DNA of 64,000 nucleotides from Auanema rhodensis (taxonomy: Eukaryota > Animalia > Nematoda). A model generated the notes under the pieces. It made no database searches, was not told the origin of the DNA, and saw nothing but the letters and a program-made list of their open reading frames with translations. Each line of letters starts with the position of its first letter. Position 1 is the stretch's first letter. Below are positions 28,601 to 43,600 of the stretch, in pieces. The position numbers and the translations under genes are program-made. The DNA lies in the NCBI GenBank assembly GCA_964057225.1, contig OZ059898.1, positions 3,224,001 to 3,288,000 of the forward strand, read 5' to 3'.

Positions 28601-31600
28601 AAATGCACTGAGATATCAACTGATATAAATTCACACTTATATCCTCGATTTTCACCCTGAAGAAATAATTTTTTCGTTGAATAACATTGTCCATCGTCTT
28701 TGCCTTGAAAAAAGGAATCTAAAAACATCTACTTTTTGCTAAATTATTTTGAAATTTTTCGAAAAAATTTTTGTCAAAATTTTTTGGAAGCAATGTTGAG
28801 TGTACATGGAAACTCAACATACACTAATGCATCATTTTTCAAACGATCATAACTAATTTTTGTATTAAGCGTTTTTCAATGTAGTGTAGTGCATTCGATG
28901 CGGATTTTTAAGCTGCGTCGATCTGTGTTATCAGATTTGCTCTAGCTTAAAAATGCACCGAGATATCAACTGATATAAGTTCACACTTATATCCTCGATT
29001 TTCATCCTGAAGAATTAATTTTTTCGTTGAATAACATTGTCCATCGTCTTTGCCTTGAAAAATCGAATCTAAAAACATCTACTTTTCGCTAAATTATTTT
29101 GAAATTTTTCGAAAAACTTTTTGTCAAAATGTTTTTGGAAGCAATGTTGAGTGTACATGGAAACTCAACATACACTAATGCATCATTTTTCAAACGATCA
29201 TAACTAATTTTTGTATCAAGCGTTTTTCAATGTAGTATAGTGCATTCGATGCGGATTTTTAAGCTGCGTCGATCTGTGTTATCAGATTTGCGCTAGCTTA
29301 AAAATGCACCGAGATATCAACTGATATAAGTTCACACTTATATCCTCGATTTTCACCCTGAAGAATTAATTTTCTCGTTGAATAACATTGTCCATCGTCT
29401 TTGCCTTAAAAAAAGGAATCTAAAAACATCTACTTTTTGCTAAATTATTTTGAAATTTTCCGAAAAAATTTTTGTCAAAATGTTTTTGGAAGCAATGTTG
29501 AGTGTACATGGAAACTCAACATACACTAATGCATCATTTTTCAAACGATCATAACTAATTTTTGTATTAAGCGTTTTTCAATGTAGTATAGTGCATTCGA
29601 TGCGGATTTTTAAGCTGCGTCGATCTGTGTTATCAGATTTGCGCTAGCTTAAAAATGCACCGAGATATCAACTGATATAAGTTCACACTTATATCCTCGA
29701 TTTTCACCCTGAAGAATTAATTTTCTCGTTGAATAACATTGTCCATCGTCTTTGCCTTGAAAAAAGGAATCTAAAAACATCTACTTTTTGCTAAATTATT
29801 TTGAAATTTTTCGAAAAAAGTTTTGTCAAAATGTTTTTGGAAGCAATGTTGAGTGTACATGGAAACTCAACATACACTAATGCATCATTTTTCAAACGAT
29901 CATAACTAATTTTTGTATCAAGCGTTTTTCAATGTAGTATAGTGCATTCGATGCGGATTTTTAAGCTGCGTCGATCTGTGTTATCAGATTTGCGCTAGCT
30001 TAAAAATGCACCGAGATATCAACTGATATAAGTTCACACTTATATCCTCGATTTTCACCCTGAAGAATTAATTTTCTCGTTGAATAACATTGTCCATCGT
30101 CTTTGCCTTGAAAAAAGGAATCTAAAAACATCTACTTTTTGCTAAATTATTTTGAAATTTTCCGAAAAAATTTTTGTCAAAATGTTTTTGGAAGCAATGT
30201 TGAGTGTACATGGAAACTCAACATACACTAATGCATCATTTTTCAAACGATCATAACTAATTTTTGTATTAAGCGTTTTTCAATGTAGTATAGTGCATTC
30301 GATGCGGATTTTTAAGCTGCGTCGATCTGTGTTATCAGATTTGCGCTAGCTTAAAAATGCACTGAGATATCAACTGATATAAATTCACACTTATATCCTC
30401 GATTTTCACCCTGAAGAAATAATTTTTTCGTTGAATAACATTGTCCATCGTCTTTGCCTTGAAAAAAGGAATCTAAAAACATCTACTTTTTGCTAAATTA
30501 TTTTGAAATTTTTCGAAAAAATTTTTGTCAAAATTTTTTGGAAGCAATGTTGAGTGTACATGGAAACTCAACATACACTAATGCATCATTTTTCAAACGA
30601 TCATAACTAATTTTTGTATTAAGCGTTTTTCAATGTAGTGTAGTGCATTCGATGCGGATTTTTAAGCTGCGTCGATCTGTGTTATCAGATTTGCTCTAGC
30701 TTAAAAATGCACCGAGATATCAACTGATATAAGTTCACACTTATATCCTCGATTTTCATCCTGAAGAATTAATTTTTTCGTTGAATAACATTGTCCATCG
30801 TCTTTGCCTTGAAAAAAGGAATCTAAAAACATCTACTTTTTGCTAAATTATTTTGAAATTTTTCGAAAAAAGTTTTGTCAAAATGTTTTTGGAAGCAATG
30901 TTGAGTGTACATGGAAACTCAACATACACTAATGCATCATTTTTCAAACGATCATAACTAATTTTTGTATCAAGCGTTTTTCAATGTAGTATAGTGCATT
31001 CGATGCGGATTTTTAAGCTGCGTCGATCTGTGTTATCAGATTTGCGCTAGCTTAAAAATGCACCGAGATATCAACTGATATAAGTTCACACTTATATCCT
31101 CGATTTTCACCCTGAAGAATTAATTTTCTCGTTGAATAACATTGTCCATCGTCTTTGCCTTGAAAAAAGGAATCTAAAAACATCTACTTTTTGCTAAATT
31201 ATTTTGAAATTTTCCGAAAAAATTTTTGTCAAAATGTTTTTGGAAGCAATGTTGAGTGTACATGGAAACTCAACATACACTAATGCATCATTTTTCAAAC
31301 GATCATAACTAATTTTTGTATTAAGCGTTTTTCAATGTAGTATAGTGCATTCGATGCGGATTTTTAAGCTGCGTCGATCTGTGTTATCAGATTTGCGCTA
31401 GCTTAAAAATGCACTGAGATATCAACTGATATAAATTCACACTTATATCCTCGATTTTCACCCTGAAGAAATAATTTTTTCGTTGAATAACATTGTCCAT
31501 CGTCTTTGCCTTGAAAAAAGGAATCTAAAAACATCTACTTTTTGCTAAATTATTTTGAAATTTTTCGAAAAAATTTTTGTCAAAATTTTTTGGAAGCAAT

Positions 31601-34600
31601 GTTGAGTGTACATGGAAACTCAACATACACTAATGCATCATTTTTCAAACGATCATAACTAATTTTTGTATTAAGCGTTTTTCAATGTAGTGTAGTGCAT
31701 TCGATGCGGATTTTTAAGCTGCGTCGATCTGTGTTATCAGATTTGCTCTAGCTTAAAAATGCACCGAGATATCAACTGATATAAGTTCACACTTATATCC
31801 TCGATTTTCATCCTGAAGAATTAATTTTTTCGTTGAATAACATTGTCCATCGTCTTTGCCTTGAAAAATCGAATCTAAAAACATCTACTTTTCGCTAAAT
31901 TATTTTGAAATTTTTCGAAAAAATTTTTGTCAAAATGTTTTTGGAAGCAATGTTGAGTGTACATGGAAACTCAACATACACTAATGCATCATTTTTCAAA
32001 CGATCATAACTAATTTTTGTATCAAGCGTTTTTCAATGTAGTATAGTGCATTCGATGCGGATTTTTAAGCTGCGTCGATCTGTGTTATCAGATTTGCGCT
32101 AGCTTAAAAATGCACCGAGATATCAACTGATATAAGTTCACACTTATATCCTCGATTTTCACCCTGAAGAATTAATTTTCTCGTTGAATAACATTGTCCA
32201 TCGTCTTTGCCTTGAAAAAAGGAATCTAAAAACATCTACTTTTTGCTAAATTATTTTGAAATTTTTCGAAAAAAGTTTTGTCAAAATGTTTTTGGAAGCA
32301 ATGTTGAGTGTACATGGAAACTCAACATACACTAATGCATCATTTTTCAAACGATCATAACTAATTTTTGTATTAAGCTTTTCTCAATGTAGTATAGTGC
32401 ATTCGATGCGGATTTTTAAGCTGCGTCGATCTGTGTTATCAGATTTGCGCTAGCTTAAAAATGCACCGAGATATCAACTGATATAAGTTCACACTTATAT
32501 CCTCGATTTTCACCCTGAAGAATTAATTTTTTCGTTGAATAACATTGTCTATCGTCTTTGCCTTGAAAAATGGAATCTAAAAACATCTACTTTCTGCTAA
32601 ATTATTTTGAAATTTTTCGAAAAAATTTTTGTCAAAATGTTTTTGGAAGCAATGTTGAGTGTACATGGAAACTCAACATACACTAATGCATCATTTCTCA
32701 AACGATCATAACTAATTTTTGTATCAAGCGTTTTTCAATGTAGTATAGTGCATTCGATGCGGATTTTTAAGCTGCGTCGATCTGTGTTATCAGATTTGCG
32801 CTAACTTAAAAATGCACCGAGATATCAACTGATATAAGTTCACACTTATATCCTCGATTTTCACCCTGAAGAATTAATTTTCTCGTTGAATAACATTGTC
32901 CATCGTCTTTGCCTTGAAAAAAGGAATCTAAAAACATCTACTTTTTGCTAAATTATTTTGAAATTTTTCGAAAAAAGTTTTGTCAAAATGTTTTTGGAAG
33001 CAATGTTGAGTGTACATGGAAACTCAACATACACTAATGCATCATTTTTCAAACGATCATAACTAATTTTTGTATCAAGCGTTTTTCAATGTAGTATAGT
33101 GCATTCGATGCGGATTTTTAAGCTGCGTCGATCTGTGTTATCAGATTTGCGCTAGCTTAAAAATGCACCGAGATATCAACTGATATAAGTTCACACTTAT
33201 ATCCTCGATTTTCATCCTGAAGAATTAATTTTTTCGTTGAATAACATTGTCCATCGTCTTTGCCTTGAAAAATCGAATCTAAAAACATCTACTTTTTGCT
33301 AAATTATTTTGAAATTTTCCGAAAAAATTTTTGTCAAAATGTTTTTGGAAGCAATGTTGAGTGTACATGGAAACTCAACATACACTATTGCATCATTTTT
33401 CTAACGATCATAACTAATTTTTGTATTAAGCTTTTCTCAATGTAGTATAGTGCATTCGATGCGGATTTTTAAGCTGCGTCGATCTGTGTTATCAGATTTG
33501 CGCTAGCTTAAAAATGCACCGAGATATCAACTGATATAAGTTCACACTTATATCCTCGATTTTCACCCTGAAGAATTAATTTTCTCGTTGAATAACATTG
33601 TCCATCGTCTTTGCCTTGAAAAAAGGAATCTAAAAACATCTACTTTTTGCTAAATTATTTTGAAATTTTCCGAAAAAATTTTTGTCAAAATGTTTTTGGA
33701 AGCAATGTTGAGTGTACATGGAAACTCAACATACACTAATGCATCATTTTTCAAACGATCATAACTAATTTTTGTATCAAGCGTTTTTCAATGTAGTATA
33801 GTGCATTCGATGCGGATTTTTAAGCTGCGTCGATCTGTGTTATCAGATTTGCGCTAGCTTAAAAATGCACCGAGATATCAACTGATATAAGTTCACACTT
33901 ATATCCTCGATTTTCACCCTGAAGAATTAATTTTCTCGTTGAATAACATTGTCCATCGTCTTTGCCTTGAAAAAAGGAATCTAAAAACATCTACTTTTTG
34001 CTAAATTATTTTGAAATTTTCCGAAAAAATTTTTGTCAAAATGTTTTTGGAAGCAATGTTGAGTGTACATGGAAACTCAACATACACTAATGCATCATTT
34101 TTCAAACGATCATAACTAATTTTTGTATTAAGCGTTTTTCAATGTAGTATAGTGCATTCGATGCGGATTTTTAAGCTGCGTCGATCTGTGTTATCAGATT
34201 TGCGCTAGCTTAAAAATGCACTGAGATATCAACTGATATAAATTCACACTTATATCCTCGATTTTCACCCTGAAGAAATAATTTTTTCGTTGAATAACAT
34301 TGTCCATCGTCTTTGCCTTGAAAAAAGGAATCTAAAAACATCTACTTTTTGCTAAATTATTTTGAAATTTTTCGAAAAAATTTTTGTCAAAATTTTTTGG
34401 AAGCAATGTTGAGTGTACATGGAAACTCAACATACACTAATGCATCATTTTTCAAACGATCATAACTAATTTTTGTATTAAGCGTTTTTCAATGTAGTGT
34501 AGTGCATTCGATGCGGATTTTTAAGCTGCGTCGATCTGTGTTATCAGATTTGCTCTAGCTTAAAAATGCACCGAGATATCAACTGATATAAGTTCACACT

Positions 34601-37600
34601 TATATCCTCGATTTTCATCCTGAAGAATTAATTTTTTCGTTGAATAACATTGTCCATCGTCTTTGCCTTGAGAAATGGAATCTAAAAACATCTACTTTTT
34701 GCTAAATTATTTTGAAATTTTTCGAAAAAATTTTTGTCAAAATGTTTTTGGAAGCAATGTTGAGTGTACATGGAAACTCAACATACACTAATGCATCATT
34801 TTTCAAACGATCATAACTAATTTTTGTATCAAGCGTTTTTCAATGTAGTATAGTGCATTCGATGCGGATTTTTAAGCTGCGTCGATCTGTGTTATCAGAT
34901 TTGCGCTAGCTTAAAAATGCACCGAGATATCAACTGATATAAGTTCACACTTATATCCTCGATTTTCACCCTGAAGAATTAATTTTCTCGTTGAATAACA
35001 TTGTCCATCGTCTTTGCCTTGAAAAAAGGAATCTAAAAACATCTACTTTTTGCTAAATTATTTTGAAATTTTTCGAAAAAAGTTTTGTCAAAATGTTTTT
35101 GGAAGCAATGTTGAGTGTACATGGAAACTCAACATACACTAATGCATCATTTTTCAAACGATCATAACTAATTTTTGTATTAAGCTTTTCTCAATGTAGT
35201 ATAGTGCATTCGATGCGGATTTTTAAGCTGCGTCGATCTGTGTTATCAGATTTGCGCTAGCTTAAAAATGCACCGAGATATCAACTGATATAAGTTCACA
35301 CTTATATCCTCGATTTTCACCCTGAAGAATTAATTTTTTCGTTGAATAACATTGTCTATCGTCTTTGCCTTGAGAAATGGAATCTAAAAACATCTACTTT
35401 TTGCTAAATTATTTTGAAATTTTTCGAAAAAATTTTTGTCAAAATGTTTTTGGAAGCAATGTTGAGTGTACATGGAAACTCAACATACACTAATGCATCA
35501 TTTTTCAAACGATCATAACTAATTTTTGTATCAAGCGTTTTTCAATGTAGTATAGTGCATTCGATGCGGATTTTTAAGCTGCGTCGATCTGTGTTATCAG
35601 ATTTGTGCTAGCTTAAAAATGCACCGAGATATCAACTGATATAAGTTCACACTTATATCCTCGATTTTCACCCTGAAGAAATAATTTTTTCGTTGAATAA
35701 CATTGTCCATCGTCTTTGCCTTGAAAAAAAGAATCTAAAAACATCTACTTTTTGCTAAATTATTTTGAAATTTTTCGAAAAAATTTTTGTCAAAATTTTT
35801 TGGAAGCAATGTTGAGTGTACATGGAAACTCAACATACACTAATGCATCATTTTTCAAACGATCATAACTAATTTTTGTATCAAGCGTTTTTCAATGTAG
35901 TATAGTGCATTCGATGCGGATTTTTAAGCTGCGTCGATCTGTGTTATCAGATTTGTGCTAGCTTAAAAATGCACCGAGATATCAACTGATATAAGTTCAC
36001 ACTTATATCCTCGATTTTCACCCTGAAGAAATAATTTTTTCGTTGAATAACATTGTCCATCGTCTTTGCCTTGAAAAAAGGAATCTAAAAACATCTACTT
36101 TTTGCTAAATTATTTTGAAATTTTTCGAAAAAATTTTTGTCAAAATGTTTTTGGAAGCAATGTTGAGTGTACATGGAAACTCAACATACACTAATGCATC
36201 ATTTTTCAAACGATCATAACTAATTTTTGTATCAAGCGTTTCTTAATGTAGTATAGTGCATTCGATCCGGATTTTTAAGCTGCGTCGATCTGTGTTATCA
36301 GATTTGCGCTAGCTTAAAAATGCACCGAGATATCAACTGATATAAGTTCACACTTATATCCTCGATTTTCACCCTGAAGAATTAATTTTTTCGTTGAATA
36401 ACATTGTCTATCGTCTTTGCCTTGAGAAATGGAATCTAAAAACATCTACTTTTTGCTAAATTATTTTGAAATTTTTCGAAAAAATTTTTGTCAAAATGTT
36501 TTTGGAAGCAATGTTGAGTGTACATGGAAACTCAACATACACTAATGCATCATTTTTCAAACGATCATAACTAATTTTTGTATCAAGCGTTTCTCAATGT
36601 AATATAGTGCATTCGATGCGGATTTTTAAGCTGCGTCGATCTGTGTTATCAGATTTGCGCTAGCTTAAAAATGCACCGAGATATCAACTGATATAAGTTC
36701 ACACTTATATCCTCGATTTTCACCCTGAAGAAATAATTTTTTCGTTGAATAACATTGTCCATCGTCTTTGCCTTGAAAAAAGGAATCTAAAAACATCTAC
36801 TTTTTGCTAAATTATTTTGAAATTTTTCGAAAAAATTTTTGTCAAAATTTTTTGGAAGCAATGTTGAGTGTACATGGAAACTCAACATACACTAATGCAT
36901 CATTTTTCAAACGATCATAACTAATTTTTGTATCAAGCGTTTTTCAATGTAGTATAGTGCATTCGATGCGGATTTTTAAGCTGCGTCGATCTGTGTTATC
37001 AGATTTGTGCTAGCTTAAAAATGCACCGAGATATCAACTGATATAAGTTCACACTTATATCCTCGATTTTCACCCTGAAGAAATAATTTTTTCGTTGAAT
37101 AACATTGTCCATCGTCTTTGCCTTGAAAAAAGGAATCTAAAAACATCTACTTTTTGCTAAATTATTTTGAAATTTTTCGAAAAAAGTTTTGTCAAAATGT
37201 TTTTGGAAGCAATGTTGAGTGTACATGGAAACTCAACATACACTAATGCATCATTTTTCAAACGATCATAACTAATTTTTGTATCAAGCGTTTCTCAATG
37301 TAGTATAGTGCATTCGATGCGGATTTTTAAGCTGCGTCGATCTGTGTTATCAGATTTGCGCTAGCTTAAAAATGCACCGAGATATCAACTGATATAAGTT
37401 CACACTTATATCCTCGATTTTCATCCTGAAGAATTAATTTTCTCGTTGAATAACATTGTCCATCGTCTTTGCCTTGAAAAAAGGAATCTAAAAACATCTA
37501 CTTTTTGCTAAATTATTTTGAAATTTTCCGAAAAAATTTTTGTCAAAATGTTTTTGGAAGCAATGTTGAGTGTACATGGAAACTCAACATACACTAATGC

Positions 37601-40600
37601 ATCATTTTTCAAACGATCATAACTAATTTTTGTATTAAGCGTTTTTCAATGTAGTGTAGTGCATTCGATGCGGATTTTTAAGCTGCGTCGATCTGTGTTA
37701 TCAGATTTGCTCTAGCTTAAAAATGCACCGAGATATCAACTGATATAAGTTCACACTTATATCCTCGATTTTCATCCTGAAGAATTAATTTTTTCGTTGA
37801 ATAACATTGTCCATCGTCTTTGCCTTGAAAAATCGAATCTAAAAACATCTACTTTTCGCTAAATTATTTTGAAATTTTTCGAAAAAATTTTTGTCAAAAT
37901 GTTTTTGGAAGCAATGTTGAGTGTACATGGAAACTCAACATACACTAATGCATCATTTTTCAAACGATCATAACTAATTTTTGTATCAAGCGTTTTTCAA
38001 TGTAGTATAGTGCATTCGATGCGGATTTTTAAGCTGCGTCGATCTGTGTTATCAGATTTGCGCTAGCTTAAAAATGCACCGAGATATCAACTGATATAAG
38101 TTCACACTTATATCCTCGATTTTCACCCTGAAGAATTAATTTTCTCGTTGAATAACATTGTCCATCGTCTTTGCCTTGAAAAAAGGAATCTAAAAACATC
38201 TACTTTTTGCTAAATTATTTTGAAATTTTTCGAAAAAAGTTTTGTCAAAATGTTTTTGGAAGCAATGTTGAGTGTACATGGAAACTCAACATACACTAAT
38301 GCATCATTTTTCAAACGATCATAACTAATTTTTGTATTAAGCTTTTCTCAATGTAGTATAGTGCATTCGATGCGGATTTTTAAGCTGCGTCGATCTGTGT
38401 TATCAGATTTGCGCTAGCTTAAAAATGCACCGAGATATCAACTGATATAAGTTCACACTTATATCCTCGATTTTCATCCTGAAGAATTAATTTTCTCGTT
38501 GAATAACATTGTCCATCGTCTTTGCCTTGAAAAAAGGAATCTAAAAACATCTACTTTTTGCTAAATTATTTTGAAATTTTCCGAAAAAATTTTTGTCAAA
38601 ATGTTTTTGGAAGCAATGTTGAGTGTACATGGAAACTCAACATACACTAATGCATCATTTTTCAAACGATCATAACTAATTTTTGTATCAAGCGTTTTTC
38701 AATGTAGTATAGTGCATTCGATGCGGATTTTTAAGCTGCGTCGATCTGTGTTATCAGATTTGCGCTAGCTTAAAAATGCACCGAGATATCAACTGATATA
38801 AGTTCACACTTATATCCTCGATTTTCACCCTGAAGAATTAATTTTTTCGTTGAATAACATTGTCCATCGTCTTTGCCTTGAAAAAAGGAATCTAAAAACA
38901 TCTACTTTTTGCTAAATTATTTTGAAATTTTTCGAAAAAATTTTTGTCAAAATGTTTTTGGAAGCAATGTTGAGTGTACATGGAAACTCAACATACACTA
39001 ATGCATCATTTCTCAAACGATCATAACTAATTTTTGTATCAAGCGTTTTTCAATGTAGTATAGTGCATTCGATGCGGATTTTTAAGCTGCGTCGATCTGT
39101 GTTATCAGATTTGCGCTAGCTTAAAAATGCACCGAGATATCAACTGATATAAGTTCACACTTATATCCTCGATTTTCACCCTGAAGAATTAATTTTCTCG
39201 TTGAATAACATTGTCCATCGTCTTTGCCTTGAAAAAAGGAATCTAAAAACATCTACTTTTTGCTAAATTATTTTGAAATTTTTCGAAAAAAGTTTTGTCA
39301 AAATGTTTTTGGAAGCAATGTTGAGTGTACATGGAAACTCAACATACACTAATGCATCATTTTTCAAACGATCATAACTAATTTTTGTATCAAGCGTTTT
39401 TCAATGTAGTATAGTGCATTCGATGCGGATTTTTAAGCTGCGTCGATCTGTGTTATCAGATTTGCGCTAGCTTAAAAATGCACCGAGATATCAACTGATA
39501 TAAGTTCACACTTATATCCTCGATTTTCATCCTGAAGAATTAATTTTTTCGTTGAATAACATTGTCCATCGTCTTTGCCTTGAAAAATCGAATCTAAAAA
39601 CATCTACTTTTTGCTAAATTATTTTGAAATTTTCCGAAAAAATTTTTGTCAAAATGTTTTTGGAAGCAATGTTGAGTGTACATGGAAACTCAACATACAC
39701 TATTGCATCATTTTTCTAACGATCATAACTAATTTTTGTATTAAGCTTTTCTCAATGTAGTATAGTGCATTCGATGCGGATTTTTAAGCTGCGTCGATCT
39801 GTGTTATCAGATTTGCGCTAGCTTAAAAATGCACTGAGATATCAACTGATATAAATTCACACTTATATCCTCGATTTTCACCCTGAAGAAATAATTTTTT
39901 CGTTGAATAACATTGTCCATCGTCTTTGCCTTGAAAAAAGGAATCTAAAAACATCTACTTTTTGCTAAATTATTTTGAAATTTTTCGAAAAAATTTTTGT
40001 CAAAATTTTTTGGAAGCAATGTTGAGTGTACATGGAAACTCAACATACACTAATGCATCATTTTTCAAACGATCATAACTAATTTTTGTATTAAGCGTTT
40101 TTCAATGTAGTGTAGTGCATTCGATGCGGATTTTTAAGCTGCGTCGATCTGTGTTATCAGATTTGCTCTAGCTTAAAAATGCACCGAGATATCAACTGAT
40201 ATAAGTTCACACTTATATCCTCGATTTTCATCCTGAAGAATTAATTTTTTCGTTGAATAACATTGTCCATCGTCTTTGCCTTGAAAAATCGAATCTAAAA
40301 ACATCTACTTTTCGCTAAATTATTTTGAAATTTTTCGAAAAAATTTTTGTCAAAATGTTTTTGGAAGCAATGTTGAGTGTACATGGAAACTCAACATACA
40401 CTAATGCATCATTTTTCAAACGATCATAACTAATTTTTGTATCAAGCGTTTTTCAATGTAGTATAGTGCATTCGATGCGGATTTTTAAGCTGCGTCGATC
40501 TGTGTTATCAGATTTGCGCTAGCTTAAAAATGCACCGAGATATCAACTGATATAAGTTCACACTTATATCCTCGATTTTCACCCTGAAGAATTAATTTTC

Positions 40601-43600
40601 TCGTTGAATAACATTGTCCATCGTCTTTGCCTTGAAAAAAGGAATCTAAAAACATCTACTTTTTGCTAAATTATTTTGAAATTTTTCGAAAAAAGTTTTG
40701 TCAAAATGTTTTTGGAAGCAATGTTGAGTGTACATGGAAACTCAACATACACTAATGCATCATTTTTCAAACGATCATAACTAATTTTTGTATTAAGCTT
40801 TTCTCAATGTAGTATAGTGCATTCGATGCGGATTTTTAAGCTGCGTCGATCTGTGTTATCAGATTTGCGCTAGCTTAAAAATGCACCGAGATATCAACTG
40901 ATATAAGTTCACACTTATATCCTCGATTTTCACCCTGAAGAATTAATTTTTTCGTTGAATAACATTGTCTATCGTCTTTGCCTTGAGAAATGGAATCTAA
41001 AAACATCTACTTTTTGCTAAATTATTTTGAAATTTTTCGAAAAAATTTTTGTCAAAATGTTTTTGGAAGCAATGTTGAGTGTACATGGAAACTCAACATA
41101 CACTAATGCATCATTTTTCAAACGATCATAACTAATTTTTGTATCAAGCGTTTTTCAATGTAGTATAGTGCATTCGATGCGGATTTTTAAGCTGCGTCGA
41201 TCTGTGTTATCAGATTTGTGCTAGCTTAAAAATGCACCGAGATATCAACTGATATAAGTTCACACTTATATCCTCGATTTTCACCCTGAAGAAATAATTT
41301 TTTCGTTGAATAACATTGTCCATCGTCTTTGCCTTGAAAAAAAGAATCTAAAAACATCTACTTTTTGCTAAATTATTTTGAAATTTTTCGAAAAAATTTT
41401 TGTCAAAATTTTTTGGAAGCAATGTTGAGTGTACATGGAAACTCAACATACACTAATGCATCATTTTTCAAACGATCATAACTAATTTTTGTATCAAGCG
41501 TTTTTCAATGTAGTATAGTGCATTCGATGCGGATTTTTAAGCTGCGTCGATCTGTGTTATCAGATTTGTGCTAGCTTAAAAATGCACCGAGATATCAACT
41601 GATATAAGTTCACACTTATATCCTCGATTTTCACCCTGAAGAAATAATTTTTTCGTTGAATAACATTGTCCATCGTCTTTGCCTTGAAAAATCGAATCTA
41701 AAAACATCTACTTTTTGCTAAATTATTTTGAAATTTTCCGAAAAAATTTTTGTCAAAATGTTTTTGGAAGCAATGTTGAGTGTACATGGAAACTCAACAT
41801 ACACTATTGCATCATTTTTCTAACGATCATAACTAATTTTTGTATTAAGCTTTTCTCAATGTAGTATAGTGCATTCGATGCGGATTTTTAAGCTGCGTCG
41901 ATCTGTGTTATCAGATTTGCGCTAGCTTAAAAATGCACCGAGATATCAACTGATATAAGTTCACACTTATATCCTCGATTTTCACCCTGAAGAATTAATT
42001 TTCTCGTTGAATAACATTGTCCATCGTCTTTGCCTTGAAAAAAGGAATCTAAAAACATCTACTTTTTGCTAAATTATTTTGAAATTTTCCGAAAAAATTT
42101 TTGTCAAAATGTTTTTGGAAGCAATGTTGAGTGTACATGGAAACTCAACATACACTAATGCATCATTTTTCAAACGATCATAACTAATTTTTGTATCAAG
42201 CGTTTTTCAATGTAGTATAGTGCATTCGATGCGGATTTTTAAGCTGCGTCGATCTGTGTTATCAGATTTGCGCTAGCTTAAAAATGCACCGAGATATCAA
42301 CTGATATAAGTTCACACTTATATCCTCGATTTTCACCCTGAAGAATTAATTTTCTCGTTGAATAACATTGTCCATCGTCTTTGCCTTGAAAAAAGGAATC
42401 TAAAAACATCTACTTTTTGCTAAATTATTTTGAAATTTTCCGAAAAAATTTTTGTCAAAATGTTTTTGGAAGCAATGTTGAGTGTACATGGAAACTCAAC
42501 ATACACTAATGCATCATTTTTCAAACGATCATAACTAATTTTTGTATTAAGCGTTTTTCAATGTAGTATAGTGCATTCGATGCGGATTTTTAAGCTGCGT
42601 CGATCTGTGTTATCAGATTTGCGCTAGCTTAAAAATGCACTGAGATATCAACTGATATAAATTCACACTTATATCCTCGATTTTCACCCTGAAGAAATAA
42701 TTTTTTCGTTGAATAACATTGTCCATCGTCTTTGCCTTGAAAAAAGGAATCTAAAAACATCTACTTTTTGCTAAATTATTTTGAAATTTTTCGAAAAAAT
42801 TTTTGTCAAAATTTTTTGGAAGCAATGTTGAGTGTACATGGAAACTCAACATACACTAATGCATCATTTTTCAAACGATCATAACTAATTTTTGTATTAA
42901 GCGTTTTTCAATGTAGTGTAGTGCATTCGATGCGGATTTTTAAGCTGCGTCGATCTGTGTTATCAGATTTGCTCTAGCTTAAAAATGCACCGAGATATCA
43001 ACTGATATAAGTTCACACTTATATCCTCGATTTTCATCCTGAAGAATTAATTTTTTCGTTGAATAACATTGTCCATCGTCTTTGCCTTGAAAAATCGAAT
43101 CTAAAAACATCTACTTTTCGCTAAATTATTTTGAAATTTTTCGAAAAAATTTTTGTCAAAATGTTTTTGGAAGCAATGTTGAGTGTACATGGAAACTCAA
43201 CATACACTAATGCATCATTTTTCAAACGATCATAACTAATTTTTGTATCAAGCGTTTTTCAATGTAGTATAGTGCATTCGATGCGGATTTTTAAGCTGCG
43301 TCGATCTGTGTTATCAGATTTGCGCTAGCTTAAAAATGCACCGAGATATCAACTGATATAAGTTCACACTTATATCCTCGATTTTCACCCTGAAGAATTA
43401 ATTTTCTCGTTGAATAACATTGTCCATCGTCTTTGCCTTGAAAAAAGGAATCTAAAAACATCTACTTTTTGCTAAATTATTTTGAAATTTTTCGAAAAAA
43501 GTTTTGTCAAAATGTTTTTGGAAGCAATGTTGAGTGTACATGGAAACTCAACATACACTAATGCATCATTTTTCAAACGATCATAACTAATTTTTGTATC

